In this document: in pieces, positions 38,004-46,799 of the stretch | Position numbering within the stretch: position 1 is the stretch's first letter | Layout: each line of letters starts with the position of its first letter | IMG/VR virus record: IMGVR_UViG_3300031539_000002 | DNA from: a virus | Strand: one strand, 5' to 3' | DNA length: 64,000 bases | Position numbers and translations under genes: made by a program | Notes under the pieces: model-generated | What the model was told of the DNA's origin: nothing | The model's database searches: none | The model's input: the letters and a program-made list of their open reading frames with translations, nothing else

Positions 38004-40282
38004 TGTCCAAGAAGTCCGAATCCAAGCTCCCCGGCGAGCTCAACGAAAACTGGGGCTCCAACTACATGATGGACGGCTTCTGGCACGACATGGAGTACGA
38101 GCATGGTCTCAAAGAGAACCCTGGCGCGAACCCTGTCCCGCAGCCCTCCACGTCTGGCATGAGCCATCTCCCCGACGGCATGATCATGGCTCTCCAAGCC
38201 GAACTCGAGATTGAGACTCAAGAAGAGGAAGGCGGTCTCGATCTTGAGGCGCTCGGCATTGTCGCCGCGATTTCTGGTGTTGACCCTGAGCAAGACTTCG
38301 ACGTTGATCGTGCAGACGCGGGCATCGTGGACTATACGTGGCTCTCCGAGGCGTACCAGGACCCCACTCGCCTCCCCAACAAGCCCGTCGATAACGGCAT
38401 CCCTGAACTGCAAGAGGCATGGGGCAACCGCACGGATGGCATTGCTCGCATCGACCTCACTGACCGTGACGCCGTGCGTTACCAGGATGCGTTTCAAGGC
38501 CAAGAGGACGACGACATACTGCATCCTGAGAAGCTCGCTTCTTTCGTGCAGTCGGCCATGCGTCGGTCTGCTGCGGGGGAGTCGATGGTTTCCATCAAGC
38601 GCCGTCTTGCATCGCATCTCAACCTCGCGTCGGCTCGGAAGATTCTCAACCCCGTCAAAGCCATCGAGGCCGAGCACGGGCTCGTGGGCAACGTCTACGT
38701 CCGTGCCTCCGCGTACCCTGGTCTTGAGCAAGGCAAGTGGCGCAACGACTTGATCAAGGCAGCCAAGGGCGCCCGGTACCTGATCGCTCAGTGTGGTCAG
38801 GATTGTTCGGGATGCGCGTGTTCCCTCGGCCTCACGGTTGTCAACCACCCTGATCAGATCGACTGGAACGACGCCTACGATCACTACTCGCCCAGGCTCG
38901 CGGCCACGGGTCGCCTCGACCGCATGGCTACGGTGATGGACAAGCGCTTGGCTCTCAAGCACGCGTTCGTCGCTGAGGAGAAGGCACCGAAGACTCACAT
39001 CGAGAACTCCAGGGTGCGTCACACGACGCCATCTGATCGAGTGTCTCGTCACGAAGCCGTGCAGGCCATCACGTCGCACAAAGAGACGCGTGAGCGCCTG
39101 GACCTGTCGGGCAAGGAGTTGCAGATCCAGCGGACGCAGCTCGCCAAAAAGCTCGGCGCGATGGCCAAGGCCAATCTCATCAGCATGGAGGAAGCCAAGA
39201 CGTTGATGGGTTCGGACCAGCCGATTCAGACGCGCATTCGCATGGCCAACCTCTTGGCAGCTCGTACCAAGAAGGCCGAGTTCAGCGGTGCTCTGATCGG
39301 GGATGCTCGCGTCTCCATCACGGCTGAGGAGTTCGCAGCCGCAGGCGAGCGTGGGAAGGCTGCTCAGCACAACGCTCGGACGGCCTCCGCATCTGAGGAT
39401 GCGGAGCGCAACCGTCTGCTCGAGGGATTCAATCGCCTCGAGGCTCGCTACCAGGCTGCGCGCGCGAAGGTCGGCAAGGTTCTTGAGGTCGTCGTCAACA
39501 AGAAGATGGCGGGCGCGAAACTCCGGGAGTGGGTTGACGGTCTGTTCGACGCCAACGAGCGTCAGATGGTCAAGGCAGCGCTCGACCCGGTGCTCGTCAA
39601 TGGCGGGTACTACGAGGACGAGAATGCAGGCAAGCCCCGTGCGTACGAGGGCAACGCGATGCACGAAGCCGAGTACAAGCGCCCCGAGCACATCGTCTCT
39701 GCCGGTGAGATCGCCAAGACGGTTCGGTGGGCTCGACAGCAAATGAGCGAAGGGTTCGCTTCTCGTGACCTCGACCAGCTCATCGACCATCGTGTCGAGG
39801 CTCGTGTGAAGAAGGCCGCATCCGAGCAGCTCGTTCAGATTCGCATGAAGCACGAGGGTCTGTCAGGCCACCTGTATGTGGATGCCGAAGCCTACGCCAC
39901 TCCCAAGACGGCCAAGGGCTGTGAAGAGGGGGCACTCAAGCATCGTACGAACGGCCTGCCTTACGTGCTCGCTATGAGCCAGTGCGGAAGCTGTGTCTTC
40001 AAGAACGCGGATGGTGTTTGCCAGAAGTACAACAAGACACTCGTGGATGAAGTGCCGACGGAGAACCTTGAAGAGTTCCGTCGTCAGGCACTCGCGTCTC
40101 ACGACATGAGCGACGCCGAGGAGACGGCATCCATGTTCCATGGGAACGATCTCCGTATGGCCGACAACCCCAATATCGTGGACGAGTTCGGGCTCCACAA
40201 CGCTACGCTCGATGACCTCGAAACAGAGGACACCACGATTGGAACTCTCGACGGGATCTTCTTCGGAGGGTTTGAGCTGTGA
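38003..40282 (+). CDS. Large hypothetical head-region protein with duplicated Cys-containing domain
   Basis: Start ATG 38003 (TGATG overlap). EHGLVGNVYVRASAY...CGQDCSGCAC and HEGLSGHLYVDAEAY...CGSCVF..C are internal repeats. Confidence 0.72.
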   Translation: MSKKSESKLPGELNENWGSNYMMDGFWHDMEYEHGLKENPGANPVPQPSTSGMSHLPDGMIMALQAELEIETQEEEGGLDLEALGIVAAISGVDPEQDFDVDRADAGIVDYTWLSEAYQDPTRLPNKPVDNGIPELQEAWGNRTDGIARIDLTDRDAVRYQDAFQGQEDDDILHPEKLASFVQSAMRRSAAGESMVSIKRRLASHLNLASARKILNPVKAIEAEHGLVGNVYVRASAYPGLEQGKWRNDLIKAAKGARYLIAQCGQDCSGCACSLGLTVVNHPDQIDWNDAYDHYSPRLAATGRLDRMATVMDKRLALKHAFVAEEKAPKTHIENSRVRHTTPSDRVSRHEAVQAITSHKETRERLDLSGKELQIQRTQLAKKLGAMAKANLISMEEAKTLMGSDQPIQTRIRMANLLAARTKKAEFSGALIGDARVSITAEEFAAAGERGKAAQHNARTASASEDAERNRLLEGFNRLEARYQAARAKVGKVLEVVVNKKMAGAKLREWVDGLFDANERQMVKAALDPVLVNGGYYEDENAGKPRAYEGNAMHEAEYKRPEHIVSAGEIAKTVRWARQQMSEGFASRDLDQLIDHRVEARVKKAASEQLVQIRMKHEGLSGHLYVDAEAYATPKTAKGCEEGALKHRTNGLPYVLAMSQCGSCVFKNADGVCQKYNKTLVDEVPTENLEEFRRQALASHDMSDAEETASMFHGNDLRMADNPNIVDEFGLHNATLDDLETEDTTIGTLDGIFFGGFEL

Positions 40283-40746
40283 GCAAGACGGCAAATGGCA
40301 GGGCGACTGCGGTCGACCTGCTCCAGCACCTGCTGGGTCTCATGCGGGCTCAGTATTGGAGCTACCAAGAAGCTCATTGGAAGGTGAAGGGCGCAAGCTT
40401 CTACGGCAACCATCTTCTGTTTCAACGTCTCTATGAGAGCCTCGTGGAGCAGGTGGACACGCTTGCTGAGAAAATGGTGGGCAAGTACGGCCCTGAGGCT
40501 GTGTGCAGTTCGGCCCTCGTTCCGCGATTCGAGAGTTTCCTTGGGCGCTGGCAGGTGGTGGGTTGTCTGCACAAGCGGGGTCTCTTGTCTGAGGCTGATT
40601 TTCATGCCGTGGTCCAAAAGGTCTACAACGAACTCAAAGCACTGGGTGAACTTAGCCTCGGGATGGACGACTTCCTGATGGCCATCGCAAGTGAGCACGA
40701 GACCAACCAGTACCTTCTTCGCCAGGTGCTTCGATCCAAGGGGTAG
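40279..40746 (+). CDS. Dps/ferritin-like protein
   Basis: HWKVKGASFYGNHLLFQRLYE...DTLAEK matches the Dps ferroxidase-centre pattern; 155 aa. Confidence 0.8.
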   Translation: MSKTANGRATAVDLLQHLLGLMRAQYWSYQEAHWKVKGASFYGNHLLFQRLYESLVEQVDTLAEKMVGKYGPEAVCSSALVPRFESFLGRWQVVGCLHKRGLLSEADFHAVVQKVYNELKALGELSLGMDDFLMAIASEHETNQYLLRQVLRSKG

Positions 40747-40749
40747 ACC

Positions 40750-41373
40750 ATGCCAACCGTCGCACAACCGCCATACCAACTGCTTGTCGCGAACTTCTCG
40801 CGCCCGACGCAGAGCTCCATTGAGGGTTCTGACACGTCTCACATGGCACCGACGAAGACGCGCACGGGGTTCATTTTCCAGCACGTCCAGAACCTCGGGT
40901 TCGCTTCAGACCACGTCAGCGGCACGTCCTCTCCAGCGCGTTCGGTTGTCACGAACACGATCAACGCAACTTTCGATCCTTTCGGAGGAACTCCTCCTCC
41001 CACAGGGGATGTGGTTGTGGCCAGTGATGTGTTCGTGGGGCAGTCCGCAAGCCTATTCATTGGCCCCTACGAGCTCGTGTCCAACCGAGACTTCGTGACC
41101 GGAGGTGGCACCGCAGCCACGGCCACAGCCATTGCAACGGCTGTCAGTGCGTTGCCTGGCTACACCGGCACTCCAGCCGGGTCCACCGTGACCGTGGAGG
41201 GTCCTGACGGACAAAGCGGGCTTCGTTTCGATGCTGCCTATCGGGGCGGCGATCTGAACTTCACGTTCACCTACGTGGCTGAGGACGGCGTTTTGAGCCA
41301 GGGCATCGGTGGAGGCCCGATCGAGCCGCCGGACATTTTGCCCCCGGGTACGCCCAATGGTGTGGCGCCCTAG
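40750..41373 (+). CDS. Putative virion structural protein
   Basis: G/T/A-rich; ATATAIATAV...GSTVTV resembles the insertion in 34927-36537. Confidence 0.6.
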   Translation: MPTVAQPPYQLLVANFSRPTQSSIEGSDTSHMAPTKTRTGFIFQHVQNLGFASDHVSGTSSPARSVVTNTINATFDPFGGTPPPTGDVVVASDVFVGQSASLFIGPYELVSNRDFVTGGGTAATATAIATAVSALPGYTGTPAGSTVTVEGPDGQSGLRFDAAYRGGDLNFTFTYVAEDGVLSQGIGGGPIEPPDILPPGTPNGVAP

Positions 41374-41382
41374 TAGCCGAAT

Positions 41383-42084
41383 GTGAATTTTATGAGTGCA
41401 GCAGAGCAGACACGAGATGAGTTAATCGCTTTGATTCCGACTGACGCAAAGCGCGTCAAGGTCATCGACGAGAAAGGCCAGGAGCGTTGGCGCGATCTTG
41501 AGGCCGATGGGTTCGATGCCATTTTGGATTCGGACGAGATCGTCTTGGTGTCTGGACGTCCGCACATCATGACTGAGAAGCCCGGTCGTCGGAAGAAGGC
41601 GCCGGCGCCCAAGCCCCCTGCTCCGACGAGCCAAACGGTTGCGCAGCTCATGGCTGCGAAGGCGTATTTCTTCGACAACGACCCTCTCTTGCTTCAGCTC
41701 GAGCGCGGTCTCGATTCGGAAGATGTCCTGCACCTTGTGATGCAGGGGTTCGCTCAAGAAGCTGCCTCTCTCAACTTTGAGCGCGTCGAGGCGGAGCGAA
41801 CTGGCAAGGAGACGAGCCAGCTTTCCATCCGTCGCATCAACGCCCTCAAGGCCCTTGGTGAAACGTGGATCAAGCGCAAGGAGCAACTTTCGGGTCGCAT
41901 GATCGACCTCGAGAGCCCCGCGTTTCGCCAGCTCTTTGAGTTCATGCTCGAGTGTTTCCGCGAGTCCATGCGCAATGGCGGGATCTCCCGAGACCAAGCC
42001 GAGACGGTCTTCGTCGCGCTCTCAGAGCGCATGACGGAGGAGACGTGGGAGGAAGAAGCGCGCAAGAAGATGAGGGGAGCGTGA
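41383..42084 (+). CDS. Hypothetical protein, candidate terminase small subunit
   Basis: Helical 233-aa protein immediately upstream of TerL; function inferred from position only. Confidence 0.45.
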   Translation: MNFMSAAEQTRDELIALIPTDAKRVKVIDEKGQERWRDLEADGFDAILDSDEIVLVSGRPHIMTEKPGRRKKAPAPKPPAPTSQTVAQLMAAKAYFFDNDPLLLQLERGLDSEDVLHLVMQGFAQEAASLNFERVEAERTGKETSQLSIRRINALKALGETWIKRKEQLSGRMIDLESPAFRQLFEFMLECFRESMRNGGISRDQAETVFVALSERMTEETWEEEARKKMRGA

Positions 42085-42088
42085 ACCC

Positions 42089-43993
42089 GTGGCAGGCAAA
42101 GCTTCCAGCAACCTCGCCCGGATCGCTCTCAACGCCGGGCGCCTCAAGATTGAGGGAGGCAGACGTGAAGTTGTTGACATCATCACCTTCATCGAAGCCG
42201 ACTGGGGTCTGAAGTTCAAGCTCTGGCCCGTCCAGAGAGTCATTCTCAAGGCGCACTACGGCATCGAGCTCGACGACAATCCTGCCAACAAGTTCAAGAT
42301 CACGGACTGGAAGCGGGAGAACGAGCAGTGGTTCACTGAGGCGGAGTACCTGCGGTGGAAGCACGAACGCGGCGAGTGCAACATCGCTGAGGTCGTCCCG
42401 GGGCATGAGCGTCGCAACCTGATTCTGCCCATTGGGCGCCGGTCGGGTAAGACGACGATCTCTGCGTGCATCGCTGCCTACGAGACGTACAAGCTGATCA
42501 ACAAGGGCAACCCGCAGAGCTATTACGGGCTCGCCCCTTCCAACCCGATCCGTCTCATCTCAGTTGCGACTGGCAAGGACCAGGCCGGTCTCCTCTACGA
42601 AGAGGTCAGCCACCACTTCGCCAAGTGCAACTTCTTCAAGCGCTACACAGCGAACAACACGCTGTCCTACGCGCGTTTCCAGACTCCTCACGACATCGAT
42701 GAGTTTGGCGCCTACTCGGAGAACCCCCGAGCTCGTGCAAGCGTCCGCGTCTCCTTCGCAGCTTGTAACGCCAAGAGCCTCCGCGGGTCTGGCAACGTCG
42801 TCATCATCCTCGATGAGGTTGCCCACTTCCTCGAGCAGGGCGGCAGCTCGGCCGAGGAGGTCTACACAGCGCTGTCTCCGTCAAACAAGGCGTTCACACC
42901 GAAGGATGAGTACGGAGAGAACATCTACGGAGAGGCCACTGAATCTGAGGGTCGGATCATCATGATCTCGTCGCCCCTCGGCAGGCAGGGGCTGTTCTAC
43001 GAGAAGTTCAAACAGGCGATGGGTGGCGGCGAGTCCACCACGAACATGCTCGCTGTGCAGGCGCCTACGTGGGAGGTCAACCCGACCATGTCCGCGGCGG
43101 CGTTCAAAGAGGAGTACGCCTTCGACCCCCGTAAGTTCGCGGTCGAGTTCGGGGCGGAGTTTTCCGACCGGACCCTCGGTTGGCTTGAGGACGACCAAGA
43201 CTTGTGGGCCTGCGTCGACAAGAGCCTACGAGCTCGTCATCGAGGACAACCTCGCTTGGCCTATTTCGTTGGATTCGACCTTGGTCTCGTCAACGATGCG
43301 TCTTCGATCGCCATCACGCACATCGATCCTGATGGCCGCATCATCCTCGATTACATCGGCAAGATGCAGGCCGGGGAGGGCGAGTACGCCGACTACGACC
43401 GCCTTGAGTTCGAGGACGTGGCCAACTGGATTCACCTTCTCTCGCGTCGATTCCGTTTCTACAAGGGTCTGTTCGATCAATGGGGAGCGATCCCTCTTGA
43501 GCAGGCACTCGCCAAGAAGGGGCTCACGATGCTCGAGGGCAAGCTGTTCACGGCGCCCGAGAAGAGCCAGATCTGGCAGAACTTCAAGTCGATGATGTGG
43601 GACCGCATTGGCGGCAAGCCCCGCCTCGGGTTCTACGACATCACGGACCGCGAGAAGCAGGAGTACATCCGGCGCGAAGAGAAGCCTCCTGAGCACCTTG
43701 AGTACCTTGAGGAGCTGCGGTCTCTCCAAGCCACCTTCAAGAGCAAGTACATCATCCACGTCGAAGCCCCGCAGTCGGATGGGAAACACGACGACATGGC
43801 AGACGCCTTGGCGCGTTCGATCTACTTGGCGAGTCAGCATCTCGGGAAGCTCAAGCACATCGCGGGTTCAAGGACGAACGCGGACCCCAATCAGCCACAA
43901 GTGTCTGCGAAGGTCCGTCGTTTGAACCATCGGAAACGTCTCGCCGGGGGCTCCGATCCAAAGCGGATGGTCCCCAGGAAGCGGAGGCGATAG
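42089..43993 (+). CDS. terL: Terminase large subunit
   Basis: LWPVQ Q-motif, Walker A GRRSGKT, Walker B IILDE, ISSP coupling motif, EFGAEF, nuclease GFDLG and HDDMADA. Confidence 0.92.
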   Translation: MAGKASSNLARIALNAGRLKIEGGRREVVDIITFIEADWGLKFKLWPVQRVILKAHYGIELDDNPANKFKITDWKRENEQWFTEAEYLRWKHERGECNIAEVVPGHERRNLILPIGRRSGKTTISACIAAYETYKLINKGNPQSYYGLAPSNPIRLISVATGKDQAGLLYEEVSHHFAKCNFFKRYTANNTLSYARFQTPHDIDEFGAYSENPRARASVRVSFAACNAKSLRGSGNVVIILDEVAHFLEQGGSSAEEVYTALSPSNKAFTPKDEYGENIYGEATESEGRIIMISSPLGRQGLFYEKFKQAMGGGESTTNMLAVQAPTWEVNPTMSAAAFKEEYAFDPRKFAVEFGAEFSDRTLGWLEDDQDLWACVDKSLRARHRGQPRLAYFVGFDLGLVNDASSIAITHIDPDGRIILDYIGKMQAGEGEYADYDRLEFEDVANWIHLLSRRFRFYKGLFDQWGAIPLEQALAKKGLTMLEGKLFTAPEKSQIWQNFKSMMWDRIGGKPRLGFYDITDREKQEYIRREEKPPEHLEYLEELRSLQATFKSKYIIHVEAPQSDGKHDDMADALARSIYLASQHLGKLKHIAGSRTNADPNQPQVSAKVRRLNHRKRLAGGSDPKRMVPRKRRR

Positions 43994-43996
43994 CCG

Positions 43997-44257
43997 ATGT
44001 CCGACAAAGGGATCATGCCGGGCGATCCCAACCGGGCCGACCACCGGTTCATCGCCTATTCGCTCGATAACTTCATGAAGCCGAAGTGCCTTCATTTTCC
44101 GAAGGAGTTCGACAGAGTGGCGAAGGTTTTCAAACGTGCGGGAGGTTCTTGGGAACGCATCTTCACGGGTTCTGCCCGGGATGTGGTGCTCCTGCGCCGT
44201 ATTCTAAAGCTCGCAATCAAGAAGGGCTTCATCACCAAGGAGCCGACCTTTCGGTAG
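43997..44257 (+). CDS. Small hypothetical protein
   Basis: 86-aa ORF with GGAGG upstream. Confidence 0.6.
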   Translation: MSDKGIMPGDPNRADHRFIAYSLDNFMKPKCLHFPKEFDRVAKVFKRAGGSWERIFTGSARDVVLLRRILKLAIKKGFITKEPTFR

Positions 44258-44266
44258 GGTGTCGAG

Positions 44267-44719
44267 ATGTCCGAGCACGAGGATAGCGAAGAGCAGGAAA
44301 GGTTCGTGCCGGCGGAACGGCAGACCATTCGGGACGCCATTCTTGCCCAGGCTGAGGAGCGCCGCCGTGAAGAAGCGGAGCGTGAGCATGCGGAGCGTCG
44401 ACAGGCTCGGGAAGACCGTATCCAAAAACGACGCACCACGGATCTCAAGAAGGCTCGAGACCGCAAAGCGAAGAATCTGAGGGCCGTCAACGAGTCAAAT
44501 GCCCGGACGCGGGCGCACCTCTCGGACGCTGCTCGATCCCTCAAGGCTGCTCTCAAAGCCGCCACTGGGGTCAAACTGTCCCGGCACAGCGACGAGGGAC
44601 GGCAACAACAGCGCGATGTTCGTTCGATCCAGGCCTCGATGGCCTCGCTTCGTGGCGTCGGCGCAGGCGATTTTGACGAAGCCAACTTCGAGGTCGATCT
44701 TGACTTGGACGTTGGATAA
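44267..44719 (+). CDS. Charged coiled-coil hypothetical protein
   Basis: 150 aa, R/E-rich helix. Confidence 0.6.
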   Translation: MSEHEDSEEQERFVPAERQTIRDAILAQAEERRREEAEREHAERRQAREDRIQKRRTTDLKKARDRKAKNLRAVNESNARTRAHLSDAARSLKAALKAATGVKLSRHSDEGRQQQRDVRSIQASMASLRGVGAGDFDEANFEVDLDLDVG

Positions 44720-44772
44720 CCACCACACCACCACAGAACTACAGAACACAGAACTACAGGAGATGAGCAGCC

Positions 44773-46758
44773 ATGCCAGCGGAAGGATCAGGTAAAGCAA
44801 TCGCCGGACCAGCGTCAACGACGGTTCGGACAAACGAGGGCGCACGCGTCGTGGCTGAGGTGCCGAACCATCGGACTCAGGTTCGCATTGGCAAGCCGTC
44901 CCGGGTGGTCGTTGGATCGATGCGCTCGCAAAACAAGTCGAGCTTCCGAGCAAGGGTGGCCGCTTCTTGCGGCCCCGGCAGCGGTGGCTTTGGCGGGACC
45001 GGTGGCGCATACGGCGGTGGCGGTGGCGGTGGTGGTGGCGGCGGGTTCGGAGGCAACGGGGGTGGTGGCGCAGTTGCCCAAGCATCCGCGGGCAACTTCT
45101 ATTCGCCCGAGCTGTCGACGGACTTCCTTGAGCTTCCGCAGTCTCTCAACGAGCAGTGGAACTACTACCGATTCTTCTACAACAACGAGCCGTTCGTCGG
45201 GCAGGCCCTTGACCTGCACACTGAGCTGCCGTTGTCGAAGGTCCGCCTTGCTCGCCCCAAGGCCAAAAGCAAGGCGCTTGCAGACCGGGCACTCCGTTTC
45301 TGCGAGAAGTGGGTCGAGGGCATCGGACTGCTGCAACGGCTGCTGGAGATCGTCCACGACTACTTCCTCATCGGGGAGGTCTACATCTTCTGCGAGGATG
45401 CCAACCCCGACATGCCTCGGGAGGTTCGGCAGAAGGTCGTCCGTCGCGTGGAGCACGACGGCACTCTCACAGAGCAGTGGATCGACCGCGAAGAGGCCGA
45501 TGACCTCGCTGTTGAATGGCTCAAGCAGAACTACAAGGGGCTCACGAACGTCCGCATCCTACCTCCTGAGCAGGTGCACATCCAGACGTTCCCGTTCACG
45601 GATGAAGTGATCATCGAGCTTATCCCTGACTCCAAGACGAAGCACGTCCTCGAGATGGCTGAGCAGGGGGACCGCAACGCACAACGCGTGGCAGATTCTA
45701 TGGACCCTGTGGTCATCGAGGCTCTTCGTCGCGGTGACAACATCCCGCTGTCCACGGACCCTGATGGGGGCTCGTTCGTCCACTACATGGCGAACAAGAA
45801 GTCGCAGTACGAGCCGCGCGGCCACAGCATCCTCCAGCGATGCCTCCGTACGCTCGTGTACTTCGACAAACTCCGTCAGGCGCAGACGAGTATCGCTTCG
45901 CGCCACATGACTCCTGTGCGTCTCGTCTACGCCGAGGACATGAGCGAGGCCGACACGGAGAACCTGCGCGACCAGATTGACCTCGCGCTCCAAGACCCCG
46001 ACTACTCGATCGTCACGAACTTCCAGGTCACCTGGGAGGAGATGAACTCAAACGGCCGTCTCCTTGAGCTCACGGGAGAGTACGACCTCATCAGCCGTCA
46101 GCTCTACGCGGGCCTTGGTGTGACTGAGACGTTGCTCAACGGTGAGTCGAGCTACTCGGGTGACCGCATCAACCTCGAGGTCATCAACACGCGCTACATG
46201 CTGCTTCGTGAAAACGTGCAGCGCCTCGTCGAGCAGTACTTCTTCAAGCCGATGTGTCGACGCATGGGCTTCGTGGAGGAGGACGAGGACGGCGAGATGG
46301 TGGTCATCTACCCGAAGCTGAGCTTCACCAGGCTCGCGCTCCGGGACAATCAGGACACCTTCGATGCCCTGTTCCAGCTCTACCAGAAGGGCAGCCTGGA
46401 CATCGAGACGATCCTCGACCTGCTCAACATCGACCCGGTCATGGTCAAGGAGCGCCTCGAGCGAGACTTCGCCACGTTCAACGATGCGCAGTTCAACGAA
46501 GTCCTTCGTTCGGTCTACGGCCGGTCGGGCGACCAACTCGCCGAGAACTCCAACATCGTCAACAAGATCGCGGAACAGCTCGGGCTCGAGTACAGCAAGC
46601 CCGAAGAGCCTGGCATGGGCCGATTCGCGTCCCTCAAGACCGCATCAGAGGGGGGTCTCCAAATTGGTGACGACATGGTTTCCAAGATCGCTGATGCAGT
46701 GGTCGAACGGCTCATGGGGACGCGGAAGGCGCCCGGAGAGCCCTCTGACGAGTCTTAG
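44773..46758 (+). CDS. Portal protein
   Basis: Downstream of TerL. YRFFY..EPFVGQALDLH..LPLS, YFLIGEVY and YEPRGHSILQRC are portal-like; Gly-rich N-terminal extension. Confidence 0.78.
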   Translation: MPAEGSGKAIAGPASTTVRTNEGARVVAEVPNHRTQVRIGKPSRVVVGSMRSQNKSSFRARVAASCGPGSGGFGGTGGAYGGGGGGGGGGGFGGNGGGGAVAQASAGNFYSPELSTDFLELPQSLNEQWNYYRFFYNNEPFVGQALDLHTELPLSKVRLARPKAKSKALADRALRFCEKWVEGIGLLQRLLEIVHDYFLIGEVYIFCEDANPDMPREVRQKVVRRVEHDGTLTEQWIDREEADDLAVEWLKQNYKGLTNVRILPPEQVHIQTFPFTDEVIIELIPDSKTKHVLEMAEQGDRNAQRVADSMDPVVIEALRRGDNIPLSTDPDGGSFVHYMANKKSQYEPRGHSILQRCLRTLVYFDKLRQAQTSIASRHMTPVRLVYAEDMSEADTENLRDQIDLALQDPDYSIVTNFQVTWEEMNSNGRLLELTGEYDLISRQLYAGLGVTETLLNGESSYSGDRINLEVINTRYMLLRENVQRLVEQYFFKPMCRRMGFVEEDEDGEMVVIYPKLSFTRLALRDNQDTFDALFQLYQKGSLDIETILDLLNIDPVMVKERLERDFATFNDAQFNEVLRSVYGRSGDQLAENSNIVNKIAEQLGLEYSKPEEPGMGRFASLKTASEGGLQIGDDMVSKIADAVVERLMGTRKAPGEPSDES

Positions 46759-46759
46759 C

Positions 46760-46783
46760 GGTTTTCGGTCTATCGCGGCCCTT
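46760..46783 (+). promoter_or_regulatory. Putative late promoter motif
   Basis: GGTTTTCGGTCTATCGCGGCCCTT directly before the 2H-CCA gene. Confidence 0.55.
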
Positions 46784-46799
46784 CTAGCGGAGGGTTCGC

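Noticed and set aside
37637-39853. Long minus-strand ORFs (also 830-2839, 3250-5178, 50324-52186, 62191-63726)
   Set aside because: These are antisense shadows of GC-rich plus-strand genes, with L/V/G/R-rich composition and no motifs.
44720-44760. Short ACAGAAC(T) tandem repeat upstream of the portal gene
   Set aside because: Three short units only, not seen elsewhere, so no function can be supported.
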